This document shows, one piece after another, positions 48,215-62,099 of a DNA stretch of 64,000 nucleotides; the first letter of the stretch is position 1; each line of letters starts with the position of its first letter. Origin of the DNA: Chlorokybus atmophyticus (Eukaryota > Plantae > Mesostigma and Chlorokybus algae); contig RHPI01000260.1 in NCBI GenBank assembly GCA_009103225.1, positions 568,203 through 632,202 of the forward strand, in the 5' to 3' direction. Under the pieces are notes generated by a model that was given only the letters and a program-made list of their open reading frames with translations, did not search any database and was not told the origin of the DNA. The translations under genes and the position numbers were made by a program.

Positions 48215-50819
48215 TCACGATGCCTGCACTTGCGGCGTCGCTAATCGCGTGAATGACTCCCCTGCTGCAGCAACACACGTGTCGTTCGCTTCAGCGCCAT
48301 CCGCGCGTACACGCTTTGCTTGATGCTGCGAATCCCCACGCAGCATGTGCAACCACTGATCTGTCGGTGGTGGCACAGTCCCAGCTGCCATGCAACCGAA
48401 GATGCCCAATGCCACATTCCGAAGCAAGCGAGGCCAACTCTGAACTGCATTCTCTTCGGGGTGCATGTACAGAGACGTGCGGTGGAGGCTGACCAACAGC
48501 AAGTCGCCGCTGTGCACGGCCTCCTCCCATGGCAGCGGCGCTGGCGAGGATAGCGCCATGCACGTATAGAGCAGCGACTCGACATCCGCCAGAGAGGAAG
48601 ACGCCTCCCGGGTCAGGAGCCATTCAGTTGATGCATACAAGGAGTGGCCCAGGGGCTGGTCTGCCAGGTGCAGGGCTCTACAACTCGTGGCTCCAAGGTC
48701 GAAAAGGTAATACCGATGAGGTGAAGAGGAGGTGTCATGGCTGCCGCCCTCCATGACGCCCACATTCTGTGGGCACACATCATTGTGCAAAATGTCTCGC
48801 AAATGCAGAAAGGCCAAGCCTTCCAGGATGTCCTCCGCCAAAGTCTGAACCGCTGCAGGTCCCAATATCGGTAATGATATCGCTTCGTGTTGCACCAATG
48901 GCCGTCCCATCAGAGGTGTGATAATCGTGCGCGCGCCCTCCATATCTGGAGCATAGGCAGGGGCCTCCAGCATACCATCATCAACCAACTGTGGTATGCA
49001 TGGCACCCCATGCCTGCCCAGGTGCCTTAAAACAGCAACCTCACGGTCCACCTGCGTGCTTGGCATTAAGTTGCCGACCATTGCAATTGCAAGGCACAAA
49101 CACTTGCTCTTGTTATAAGTCACACGCACCTGAGTCCATGATCCCAAGCTGAGGTGGAGGCGTCGGGCTGCCTCAAGGTCGCGGGGCCTCGGAGCGACCT
49201 TGAGCACATACTTACATGTGGGTGACGGAACACTCACTTGTGTTCCCGCCAGAGCCTCAACTGCATACACCGTCCCTAAGGCCTGAGGCAAGCCCAGCCG
49301 CGCCACAATCCGAAAAGAATATGTCTGCTCGGCAGACCGCACGACAATGGGCTGGTGGTCATCAAGTAGCGTACAGCCAGAGGCGCCAGAGGCCTCAAGC
49401 AACATGACGTTCGCCATATAGCAGCAGTACGCCAACTCCTGCAGTGTATGCCCGCATGAGATAGGTATTGAAGCAAGCAGGGGAACACACTTGTGGTGGT
49501 GGGCAATGAAGCGGGGTGGGGGGTAGAAGCAGCTGCATACCTTGTAACCTTTTGACGTGGGGTCAATCGTGTGCGTTCCTTGTGCTTCATCTCGCGCATA
49601 TCTCAAAGGCGTCTGTGTGCGAGTCATTGTGGCGCGGCCGTTGTTCGTAGTTCCCAGCAGCACACCAATGATATGGGTGCTGTCAAGGACAGCACATGGC
49701 AGTACCAGCCGTCGAATGCCCCTTGCATCGCAGGCTGCCGACCACCCAGAAATAAGTTGATCGAGCCTGCAGTTACTGTCATGTGAGTATGGCAGTTGGT
49801 GATAGGCATTGAGCAGAAGTTTACGATTACGTACCCCCTGTTGCAGGCGGTGCCGGTACGGATATTCGCTTTGTACTCAACAAGCAGCCGCACATGTGTG
49901 TGCAGGTTTCCTGACTCCACCGCCTGCAAAGTTGCTTGCAGCATCATGCATATGATAACCAAAGAACTGTAGGCCAAAAAACAGCTCCCACCTCGTCACC
50001 ATAGCCACACCAGGCTATATCTGGTCGGCGTCCATCCGCGCCAGTTCTGTCACAGTGCACATGCCCGCCAGGAGGAGTGTGTTGCCGCCCGGCGTAGGCG
50101 GCTTGGTCGGTTATAATAATTATGTTCTGTATGAGCTCAGCAATCTTCTCGTACACCTGCAAATTCTGTGCTGCGTTGCCCTCATGCTCGACGTGGGGAA
50201 TGTTAGCTTGCAGTGCCTGCACAGCTTCGTAGTGTGCCGTCCAGAATTCATTGAATTCCTGCCGGTGCTCGTGGTCACGGTCATGGATGGCGGTCACCGC
50301 GTGCACGATCTGGTCTTGCTTGAATTTCCTGCAACAAGTTGCATAGCTCGAGAATTCTGCGAGAGGCACTGCATATAAACAGCAAAAGTTTGGCATGCGA
50401 AAAGTGAAAACAGTGCAACTCCAACGCACACTAACAGTGATAAGGCTAATTAGTTGCACATAGGGTTGGCATCCAGGTGTTGCAGCGCATGCACTTCTGG
50501 ATAAGCTATTGCTGTATTGTGTACCTGAATCACGCTGCAACACAATGATCTTGACGTGCATGGTAGAACAGTCCGACCACAACTCCAAAAAATCCGCCTG
50601 TGTCATGGAGTCGTCTAGAGTCAACCAGCCCATACCCTCTTTGCGAAGGCGAAACACCCCATAGCGCAAATCCTGGCCAAGTGCGCTGGCATCTCGCTGA
50701 ATTGCGCTCAAAAGCGCTTGGGGACCGTCAACAGGGACTCTCAGCATAACGTTCCAATTGTCACCCACATTTTCGTGGTTGTCGCCAACCATCGCCCACA
50801 ACACTCTACATGTCACCAT
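48215..50819 (-). CDS. CR-like protein K2: one ubiquitin-like header + nuclease-like + kinase, apparently intact
   Basis: RPDIAWCG, LLVEYK, LDQLISG, VLKV, DREV, HNDVCPQNV, FDLG, DVESLLY, LPW. Exons join in frame; start codon is a best guess. Confidence 0.72.
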
Positions 50820-51998
50820 CGTCACTGCCGTCAAGCACTACCTGCAGACTGCCATCTGCGCATCCAGCAGGTTTTCGTCAGTTGTTGAACTGATCAATTC
50901 ATTTGTAACGCTGCACAAGTTCACAGACCAAAGCACACGCACAAAACCACCATTAACCATTACCCATTACACGCGCAATCCGCAGAGCCGACACATACAC
51001 ACACGCACAGGACAAACGCAAGCAACCACGAATGAACGCACTCACGCACGCACCACTACTACTGCTTACACACAATATGCAGAGCAGACACAGAAAACGT
51101 ACAACACACCAACGAACACCAGCGGACACACAGCACGCCACACGCACGGCACAAACGCACAGCATACATTGACGCTAAGACAGGCATGGCAGCACTAGCA
51201 TGTCCCCTACCTGTCGCAGCAAGGCAGAGCGAAGCAGAACAGAAGGCGGGTAAGAATGTGAGAGGTTGCGGTAGCAAAACCTGCCGCCACCACGCACGCC
51301 GCTACCGCCGCCCACAACCACTGCACCTACAGTCCGTAGTTTGATTGCTACCGACTACTGCTGCACTGATTGATCAATTTTGTTAGCGTTTTCTTTAGTT
51401 TAGCGTCTCCAAGTTAGCTCTTTAGTGCATTCGTTTTGCCAGTGACAATCCTCGCGTGCACATGAAACCACGTGGTTTTTTTATGTGTAAACGCAAGCTT
51501 TCACAAGATTACAGCAAACATGCAAGTGTCAATGTAGTGTCTTGCCGTATGTTGAAAGTCATTGACAAGCTCATATCTCAGGCCGTGCTGACATGCGCAA
51601 CACACCAACAACAATAGGACGCGTTCGTATCATGATTAAATTCTACTGATACTACATTTGACGCGCGATCTGCTGTGTACTGCGTAGGCAGCTGTACAAT
51701 GTAAGTGGTTATGCCCACCGTGATGCGGGAGCTCATACTGGAACAACACTCGTGTGTTGCAGTTCCAATCGTATCTGCTCTTGCGCTGAATGGCGCGGCG
51801 CGGTATGCATGAACCTGAACAAACCATAACTCTCTTACAGTAATGCTCCTGCGTTCGTGCGCTGTGTAAACTAGGCCTGAGTCTACAACCTCACACTCAG
51901 CACACCCTGCATGCCAGCAGTAGTACAGTGAAACCACTTTCGAGTCGCTGTATATATTCAATCAGCATTGACCGAGCTACAAGAACCTCCATAACTGA

Positions 51999-54711
51999 CT
52001 AAACAGCAGCCAGGCCCTTGACCTTGGCAAGAATTATGTCATCGGCAATGAAGTCTGCCGCTTGCCTGAATGTGCCTCGCACAAAGTCCTTCTCATACGA
52101 GTCTTTCAGACCCGCAATTAGGTCAAACTCTGGGGCCCAGTTGAGGTCCTTCTCTGCCTTCTTGATCGATGTGAAGAAATGCTGATTGCACAGGACAGGT
52201 GTTTAGACAACAATGTGCAGGCTAATGATAATGGGCATGACCAGCTCCTTGACAAATGGTGGCGAGTGGTACTCTGTGCGTATGTGTGGCTGTGTGCGTG
52301 CATGTGTCTCACCTGATCACGCAGGGGGAATGCCTTGGCCTTGCCGAAATCATACTCCAATCATACTTCTTAGGGATGTAGTGCATTAATTCTGGCGCGG
52401 GTGCTCCTGCCGCCTGCGCAAACAAAACCACTTTTGCCTCCTCAGTGCGCGACTTGAATGCATGAAGCCTCGGGCATATGGTGATTTTGTGTGCCCGAAC
52501 ACATACACATCAAATACCGAATGTGTTGGCAAACCATGTAAAAACTCACACATGACGTATCTCAGCGCACGCGCATGCAATGCCAGAACAGGTGACATAC
52601 TTGTCGCCGGAGATGTTGTACACCTGGTTGTAGGCCTTGGAGTTGCTAAGGGTCAAGATGTCCTGAGGACAACGCCCGTGCCAAGTCTTGCATGACAGGT
52701 GATGTGACAGAGACAAAGGCACAGACGTACAGACACACAACCACAGTCACGCTAACACAAATGCAACCACACACACTCGCACACAAGCATGCACAACGGC
52801 AAAAAGTGCGACAACTTGCGCGCGCACGCACACACCCCACACATTATCTCCAACTTGCACCTATGCCGGCACACATACCCACGCGCTTACGCATGCGAAC
52901 ATGCACCCCTACCCTTAGCCATTGTCATTCTCCTCACTCACCTTGACGTGTCCGAGCTGTGTGATCTGCAAGTTCCGGAGTTGGGGACGGGGATAGGTCG
53001 CTTTACGGTGATGGAAGAACCACTCCTCGACGGGGTTGCAATTGAGCGGGCCATGAATGTACACCGGCCGGACACTCGTCCAGGTCACGCCCGCGCTGGA
53101 AAGGTACGATTCTGTGTCAAGCTTCTCCACGTGACGCGACTTGGGGTTCACAGCATCCACCTGATTGGGCATGTATGTTGAGATTGCATGAATACAGAAC
53201 TTGAACCTACAGAGAGAGATTGCACTGTCGGTAGATGTTACTGTGCTTGACTGGTTTTGTTTTTGTTTTGTTACTTGTTGCTTACTGTAGGATGCGAATT
53301 ACTGCATGCAACTTGCTCTGTAAAGTATGCATACCTCAAAATGACGCCTTTCATCTGACTTGAAGTACACGCCAGGTGACGAGCAGAAAATGAACTTGCA
53401 CATGCCAAGCAACGTTGGATGTTAACATTCGAGTAAGTGACCTTTCAACCAAAGTTAATACCACGAAAACTACCAATATGACAACATGAATAACGCAGCA
53501 CATGTACAAAAGTTTGCGGCATACTTACTGCTCAAGGTCAGGGAGGGCCTCAAGGATGGGCTTTGTCTCTTCTGCTTCACGTTCTGAACTCAACGCAACA
53601 TGGTATGAGTCACTGATCAATTGCACATAGGACACGTACGACCAAATTGTGCAACTTGAATGATGGGATAACGTTGGTACCGTAGATACATAAAACATGT
53701 CGAACTTGTTCGACAACAGCGCGTCCTTCATGGCGGCAGCGCCCTTCCCATCGCCCTTCATGTGCTTGATCTGCAAGTTGATCCAGTACGTTGAAGTCAC
53801 ATGACATGTGTAGTGGACATGTGTGGTGTGTGTGGTAGTGAGAGGAGTGGTGCAATCTGCACACACGCTGCGGGAGTACTTTTCCAAGCATCCGGAATCT
53901 GCTGCGCGATGGGCTGCTTGCCCCGCGTGAACAATGTGACCTGACAACTAAGCCCACATTCATCTCTGGATTAGCGGCTTCGCTATATGTGAGCGCAACG
54001 ATTCGGCAAAAACAATTGAATATACTACAGTTGTTGCTTGCAGTGCCATATGCGTGTCGCAGCCCACGCGCTTAATCAGCCGCACATGTGACGTACAAGA
54101 TTGTAACAACTCAACTGTTTGCATGTCTCCAGGTGTTTAAGTGACAGCAGAAGCAAACTTGCACGCGCGTGCGCACGTGGGCTTGCGTGTTTATTTCTGC
54201 TGTCACAAGTAACAACCCATGGAAGCAGTGCAGGGAAAACGTCCATAATAAAAGTTGGCTGGCAACAATATGCGTGGATGCTGGTACGTGCATGTTACTT
54301 CTGCAACGCCCACCTCGTGGCCTTCCTCGACGAGCATGCGAGCGAGATAGCGGCCAATGAGGCGCGTGCCGCCCATCATGAGAATCTTCTTTTTCTCACG
54401 CCATCATCACGCAGGTCAGCACCCCTCCCTTGTCGCTGGCTTGAGGCCTCGTCGCAGGCATGCGCGCTTGCTGTACACACACATCATTTGCCAACGGCAA
54501 CTCTCACAGTCACTAAGCCCCCATTGCAATCAGGCCAGACCAGGCCACAGTTCAGGCTGGCCAAGGCGGTGATCATGCATTGTCAACTATTAATTCTTAC
54601 CAGCGGGGCGAGCTGAGCATTGTGCTTGGACGACGAGCGGAGTGTTGCGCCAGTGCCACGCTCCAGGCGCAGGCATGTCGCCGCGGATGACATGGTCGCC
54701 GCCGCCGCCAT
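51999..54711 (-). pseudogene. CSP41B: CSP41b full-length pseudogene
   Basis: All exons recognisable. Frameshifts at ~52360 (local duplication), ~52655-52665 (11-nt insertion) and ~53000 (deletion). Confidence 0.92.
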
Positions 54712-54939
54712 GGTTGACGCTGTGCCCAATACTGCCAGCTAGGGATTTGTTGGTAAAAAACCGAGTCCAAACCGGAAGGGCCAATGCTGCTGCTTCCGGA
54801 ATGCAGCGCCGTGCATGAGAACGGGGTTATGAAGGAAGTTCCACCTCATGTGCTCCTAAAAGTTAAGCAATGTATAAGATATCAAAAAGGCTAACAAACA
54901 GCAGGGAACACAATCCGCCGGGCAAGACGGCTTGCATTA

Positions 54940-55315
54940 AAAGCACAATGAAGAGCTTACAATCCGACAACAAGCAAACAACACACTGGGTGGGAAACAC
55001 AATAAATGGCTGATAAACTGCAGGGGCCAATCAGCAAAGCAATTTGCAATACTAGCACAATAAGGAGCATACAAGCCAATAGCAAGCAAAACACACTAGG
55101 TGGGAGACACAACAACTGGCGAATGAACGGCAGGGGTCAATCAGCAACTTGCAATATCAGCATGATGAGGAGCACACAAGCCAGCAGTAGTTGTTGCTGA
55201 GCAGACAATATATTGTGTGGGGAGATACAACAAATGCGTGATGGCTTATATGGTTGATAAACAGCAAGGCAAGGCAACTTGCATTACAAGCACAATAAGG
55301 AGCATACAAGCTATA
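54940..55315 (+). repeat. Degenerate tandem repeat, ~105-130 bp unit, 3-4 copies
   Basis: Recurrent agcacaat(a/g)aggagcatacaagc near 54941, 55054, 55159 and 55289; two copies also near 42319 and 42441. Confidence 0.7.
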
Positions 55316-55715
55316 AGCCCCGTAGTAATTCAAACAGTTTAAACATGCTTGTACTTACCTTTCTGGCTTGGAAAACACATGCCACAAAGGCGTTAAACTT
55401 TTTATAAGTCGCATTAACAATTAAATGTGCCCCCCCCCCCTTCTCCCAAGAGTATAAACGGGCCGTTTATCAATACGTGAACACAACATCCTCTCAACAA
55501 CTCAAAATAGCTTTATGCTTGGGTGTAAACAGCTATGTTAAAATGAAGAAGGATATAAGACAAAGCCATGAGTAATTGTTTTGCGCGTATAATGGAGTAA
55601 CACAACCTTTATTGTATGATGCGAATGCTAACTTAGCAGTGCATGTGGCTACAGGCCATTGGTGGTCATAGCCCTATGGTTCGGGCAGTCACGACAAGTG
55701 TGGCGTTACTCATAG

Positions 55716-55718
<3 letters not shown>

Positions 55719-55757
<39 letters not shown>

Positions 55758-55758
55758 N

Positions 55759-55798
<40 letters not shown>
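55719..55798 (+). repeat. (TC)n microsatellite containing a single N
   Basis: Read directly. Confidence 0.95.
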
Positions 55799-55801
<3 letters not shown>

Positions 55802-56944
55802 GTATTTTAATAAATAAGCTTTATTGATTCTGCTAACGCGATTTGATCGAGATAACCAACAACTTGCTATAAGAGTACATTTAATATTACGTGATTACAT
55901 GTGTATCAAGGAAACCATTTTGTGCATTCGCGTATGGGCACGCCTTTGTTAGCTGCTCAGTTGGAAGAAAATAGAGTGCTTCTTGATTAAAGGTGATGCA
56001 TTAAGTGTGGAATACGTTATACATGTAGCAAATTCATTTGTTCCGCATAGCTATATACGATCGATGTAATCATTATAATATTGCAATTATTTCATCATGC
56101 GCAAGACATAAGCTATTAAATTTAATTATAAAATTTATTGGGACAATATGCACCGGCCAGTTGTGGCATCTCTAGCCATGTCGCAGTTGAGCAAATGCGT
56201 GCATTATAGATCGCAAATGACTAAAAACCAAACAATAAGTTCCTATGCTACGATGCTATAAGCTACAGAAATTCTGTATCTTATAACACAAGTGTACCTT
56301 ATCGCATTGCATGGTACTCATAAAGTTGCAAATTGCAATTTACAAAAGCTAAAGTTGCCTTTTATTAATTGCTCATATAACACATGTAACAATATCATGC
56401 TTTATAAGTTGTGTTTAGCAAGCTTTAATCGAACCATAACAGCTCATTGGTATATATGCAAGCCAGAATCATGTATGCAATACACTTGTTATTGCATCTA
56501 TTGTCCGATGACTTGGTGACAAGCATTCGCGGGTTGTTGCCATACAAACAAATGCTTCAAGAAATATCAACTCGCATTGCTGAATTTTGATTCCAACATT
56601 TGCACTTGTGCAAGGAATCATCGTTCCATAAGATGCCGTACTATTATGGTAGATTGGGAACACAAATGGATGACTATTGCATACCCGTCATATCACGTGC
56701 ATGCATGCATTGTTGTTGCAAGCTTTTTGATTATACAAGCAAAGACTAAAACAGAGTAAAACATCTTCTTAATCAAGCCAGGATACAAACATTGGAGGCA
56801 TGCGTAACTGTCCATTGCATGCGCACCTTCTAGGTAGCCATGTCCATAGCTATCTGTTGTAGGCAATACAATTTCCACATATACCTCAGGGAAGCTGCGT
56901 GCAAATGCATATATATTGTACGCTGATAGTGGATGACCAAATTG

Positions 56945-59900
56945 TCAAGGATTGAATACATCGAGCTGGCTAAATGACGCTAGATCGCGAATGGCGTTGA
57001 GAAATTTCTTTAGGTAAAGAGGGGGTTTTTCTGCAAGTGCTTGATGGAACAGGACTGTGCTTGGTGTCATGCCAGGCACAGTGTTGCCCTCATTGACCAT
57101 GACTTCGCTGGTGTCTGCATGCACGAAGGCTTTGAGCCTTGCAAAACCCCTCAATCCCAACGTATTGGCCGCCAACTGCAGGCGCGCTTGTGCCGGTCTC
57201 AATGCTTCTGTGTGCTAATTATCTCAGGAGGTGGTGGTGTAAGGTTCACGCCAGTGCCACCCTGCCAATACAAAAACACACTCGAATGAACAGTGAAATT
57301 TTGACTGCAACTCAACATGGATTGGATATGTTTACAACAACATACAAAACTGGAACTTTTCCTCTAATGACAGCACGTTGCCTGACTCTCGCACGGTAAT
57401 GCTGGGTGTGAGAGCACGGCGCGTTCCATGCTAAGTACGCCACACGTCACCTCCACCCAACGACTCTCCCCACGCCACAGCAGCTGCCCGTCTTTGCATG
57501 CTGTCCGTGATGATAAACGGTTCAAGCAGCAGCACGGCAGAGGGTGGCTGCGCAATGTGAAGATATCAGTGACAAGCACATGCGCACGTGCATGCTCACA
57601 CGAGCAAGCGCGCACAAACACAAACACGTGTGCGCTCACACGCACACACAGCCGCAGCAAACATATGCCTGAACGCGGCGTGTCATGTAAGGTCACACAG
57701 CCGTTGTACATCTACCTGCGGCGTCTCAATGGCGTGTTGCTGACTGAGTGCACCAGGTAGCAGGCGCGGCGCACCCTCCTCCACCGCTCTTGCGTAAACC
57801 AACATGTCAGCTGCGGAGCTGAGACGCGCCACACCCGTGCTGCAACCGTAAGCCGGCTTGATGCACAGCGAACTGGCACCGGTCAACCTCTGCAATTACC
57901 ACAACAGCAAGAAAACTTGTAAGAGAGCAATAATAGAGGGGAAAGCCTGGCACACTTTGTGTGAAGAAAAAAAAGGCCTACAATTACAGTCCTTTATGAA
58001 GTCAAAACACCAAGGCTGAACGAACACATTCAACAAGCTAAAGCATGCAGCTACAATAGTCACACTAATGCAACGAATACCACACGTACCTCCCACAGCA
58101 AGTCTGCTGAGACATCTCGGCCGCTAGTCCTCGGCTCGCATAGCTCCTGCAGCTCTCCCCGGCTGAGCAGCTGCTTCGCGGCCGTGGTCACTTGTGCCAG
58201 ATGAAGTGCAGCCTATGTCGCCGCCGATGGTATGCGTGGTGCTCGGCAGCAACCAACCGTCCATGCGCGCGACGTCGCGCAGACCCAACACTGCGAAAAG
58301 ACGTGACGCGCACTGCCGGATGGCAGCGGTCTCCTCTGCAATGAAGCGTGGAGGCGTGTGGTAGCGCACCTGTCGGTATGGTACTGTGTAAAGTGAGACC
58401 ATATTTGAGTGATTAGTACGGACCAAGCTGCCTGTTTAGTAATAACTTTGTCTTGTTGGGTAGACAAGTACTTCCTGTAGTTGAAGATGGACACTTCATC
58501 ACTGCTGCCATCAACAGCGAGCAACTCTATCTGTGAAACCACAAAAGTAACTAGGCCTTTTGCTCTACCACACCACAGTACTACCACATCAATGCTATGT
58601 ATCACTGACTTGACCATTCCGAGCTGTCTACCTCTGTAGGTATGAGGGTCACAGGCTTGAAAGCATCGGCCCCATTTACTGCACTCGTGACTCAAGTACG
58701 ACTGCTGTGAACTCGCGTCCGCCATGCGCATACCGCTCGACCACTACTCGTATGTCAATCTCCTGCACAAGTTCAGTTCAGTTGAGCAATTTGCAACGGA
58801 GGAATGCATGATGAGACCGTGTCAGTTGCACAATACCAAAAACTCACCTTTCGCAAACTCCAATGAGCATGTGCGATAGCATCTTTCATGCCGCTAGCAA
58901 CCTTCACACCAACACTGGAACCCGCACGTGCCGACTTGACCTGCGTTTGAAGATAAGCTGTTAACGCCAAGCAGATTAATGTTGCATTGACACATCACAT
59001 GCCAGCGTGACAGGCAAAGACATTACCACTACGAGGCCGTTGTCATGGGAGATGCTGTTGTCTGACCAAGACCAGTGAACCACTCGGCCAACGGTTGCTC
59101 GTCACCTGTGGACTACAAACCTGGCAGTGAGTGATTGCGTCAAGAGAGGCACCGCTTTGCAGTCAACAACAGGCCTGGCTGCTACTGGCGCACCTCAATC
59201 AAGCAGATTGGTAGCGCAGCGAAACCTAACTCAGTCGTCGCCACAGCAGCAGTGTACTGCAAACCACACGCGTCGTTCACATTGGCCCCCACTTTATGTT
59301 ACCTGTCATGCACGTACAGTTCAGGGCAAAGACTCACTTTGTCAAAGGCTTGTGCTGCTGCGGCTGCTGACGTGCCAATGAATGGTAAAGTGCTTGCTCC
59401 AGCAGACCTTGCACAAGTAAGGAAAGACTATAAGAGAGATGGGACAGTATAAACATGTTGCGAGTATGTGTACACGTCGCACACCTGGATGCCGCCATCT
59501 TCTCCATATCGGCCGTGCAGAATGGGGAACACTATGTTAGCTGTTTGCTTGAGGCGCGCAAGAAACTCTGCCGGCGATGCAAACTTCTCTGCCATGCTAT
59601 AGAGGCATCACATTGCTGGTGTCATGTAATGCAGCTCTATGCGTAGCCTGCCAAGTAGGTCTCATGCGCATACCAACTCACCCGCGCAGCCTGAAGTCAC
59701 AATCAGACGGTGTGTTGGAGTACATCTGTAAGCAAAAGCAAAATCTTGTTGTTGTTTTTTGGGGGGGGGGGGGCNCGAAGGACACAGTCCAGTTGGCTAG
59801 TTGATGCGCAAGCGGCAGCCCTTGCTTCTGCGTGCGCAGGCGTGTTGTGTCATAAACCAACCATGTTGTCACGCCGACCGTTGCCAACTGAAGGCCAAGC

Positions 59901-60301
59901 AGCTTATACCCGACTGATAAGCCAGCGCCTTTGCCAGCTGCAGTTGCAGTCAAAGCCAGCACCAACACTAACACGCCGGCTACAACAACCAACGGCGTGT
60001 CCTCGCCAAACTCGACAGGCAAGAGCGTGAATACGCTCAGACAACAACAGGAGATGAGGCTCAGAGACCCGAGTGTTCTCCTGTTCGGAGATGCAATAAA
60101 GGCCCACACGCCAGCAATGATGAAGAGACCCGTATAGATTTCACGATAGAAGAAACTAAACACGATCGGGGGCCACAACATGACATTGAGATCGATTGGG
60201 TGCGCCAAAGGCCTATCAGCGAGCAATGCATGTGTGTACAATGGCAACGCTGATGAAGCTGAAAGTGGTACAAACCATGCCTGTGCAGCATGCCTGTGCA
60301 G
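56945..60301 (-). pseudogene. DDL: Ddl pseudogene: 5'-deleted, ~1 kb internal deletion, frameshifts
   Basis: Homologous to 10004-13890. The junction near 58190 skips copy-A ~11243-12225; exons 1-2 are missing. Confidence 0.92.
59776..60165 (-). pseudogene. PIGN: PIGN fragment inserted in Ddl pseudogene intron 2
   Basis: Homologous to ~44775-45165; flanked on both sides by Ddl intron sequence. The left edge abuts a poly-G run and an N. Confidence 0.8.
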
Positions 60302-61170
60302 CAAGACCCCCCTCGATGACCACGCGACGCACCTGCTCTTCTCCGCCAACCAATGGGAGAAGGCGCCCGCGCTGAGACAGGCATTGGGCTCTATGGTGGT
60401 CTGGTTTGCATGCGAGGCCGCGCGGTGCGTCGGGTGATGGTGGGTGTGAGGTTGTCGGGACTCATGTGGGTGTGGGTGGGTGGTGATGCAGAAGCTGCTG
60501 GAAGGGGTGAGTGTGATACTGGATCGGTACGCGCATTTGGGTGGCATTCTCAGGTGCGTACATCATGGTGTATGGTGATCTCAGTTGTGTCTCCTTGACT
60601 TGAATGCTTACAACAGTCCTCCAAACATGTGTGCATGCAAGCACGCACTTGTGCATATGTGTACATGAGCGCGCACGCGCATGCGCACGCTCACACGTAT
60701 GCCCATGCATGTGCGTGCATGCATGCGCGCGCCCGCGCGCGCGCGCGTGTGTGTGTGTGTGCGTTTCATTTATGGTTGTGATGCCTTGCAGTTGCAAAGA
60801 AGTTGCCTCTGAATTGGTGTCTGGGTGCCGACAGAGGGCTTCCTGCCCCAGACTTGTTCGTGTACTTGCAGTTGAACCCAGACGTGGCCGCGCGGCGAGG
60901 TGACTACGGCAAAGAGCGCTACGAGCGTCTCAGAGTTTCAAGTAAGCGACTCCTGTCACAACATACCCACACCACCACTTGCACAACCGACTCACATTTC
61001 TCAGCGTGAGGTTGCCAATGCGTACGGGCGCCTTCACCACGCCAGCTGGAAAACCGTCAGCGCGGATCAGCCGCCCGATGCGGTTTGTCAACGCGGTTGT
61101 CCCGCTCGCGTTGGAGGCGGCTGCCGCGTGCAGACAAGGCGCCAAAATCAAGACGCTGTGGGACACTTGA
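60302..61170 (+). pseudogene. TMPK: TMPK pseudogene, 5'-truncated
   Basis: Begins mid-exon 3 (aagacccccctcgatgacc); frameshift near 60930 (ctcagagtttcaa). Confidence 0.92.
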
Positions 61171-62099
61171 ACACACGTTTGTGTGACAAGTTAGCAGGCA
61201 GGTGGGCAGCGTTATGCAGGGTTAAGTAGCAGGGGCAAATGCTTGTGCAAAGCTTTTTCAGTACACACGCAGTCAAAGACAATTGTGTGACTGTCATGCA
61301 TGTAAACAAGCACATCAGACACAACACATGAACCACTGTGAAATGGGGTATGCGCACGGCTGTGCTGGAGCGTGATATGACACTCTTGCGTATTTTAAGA
61401 TGGAGGGCTTGCCGTTGTCGGCTTCAGGTATATTTGTACAACACTCCATGCGAAAAAACTGAACCGTCGCTCAGAAGCCCACACTTGGCACGAAGCTAGT
61501 TTTGCATTTGCAGAGCTGGCTTGTTGATTGAACGTGCATGATGGCTCGCTGTCCAAAGCTTGCACAGACTGCGACACAAGCTGTACCGCAAATCAACAGT
61601 CAACATGGAACAATAGCGCTTGCCCTGGCCATTCACACTGATTATACGGATCAAAATAACCTGTCGTGCCATCAAGACATGAGGGCGGCAGCAGTCAGCT
61701 TCAGCTAGCATTTAGCTAGCATAGCATGCTCCCCCAAGGCTTGTGCAGAACCGTGTGCTAAGTGATCAGCTTCTTCTTTCCTTGCACAGGGTTTCTTGGG
61801 CAGGCTGTCAACCAGATGTCAGGTTAAGGCAGGTACCAACAACAGTGTTTTAACGACTGCAATATGCACACGACCTCGGGAACGCTTGCTGCTTGCCGCC
61901 ACTGCTGCTGTGCTGACACTAGTTGCTTGCTCTGTCGCATGCAAGCAACAGCATGCATACGAGCCTTCACCAGTTGTAAACGCATGTGAAAAGAAACCCC
62001 TACTGTAAGTACACATGTACATGTCTGGTCTGTGCATGTCAATGCATGCCTGTGCTTCTCAGTGCTGTCACAGGCGTCGTCGTCGGCGGCGGTGGCGGC

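Noticed and set aside
54940-55315. CRISPR-like array
   Set aside because: Repeats are degenerate along their whole length, with no constant repeat plus unique spacers and no cas genes; eukaryotic context.
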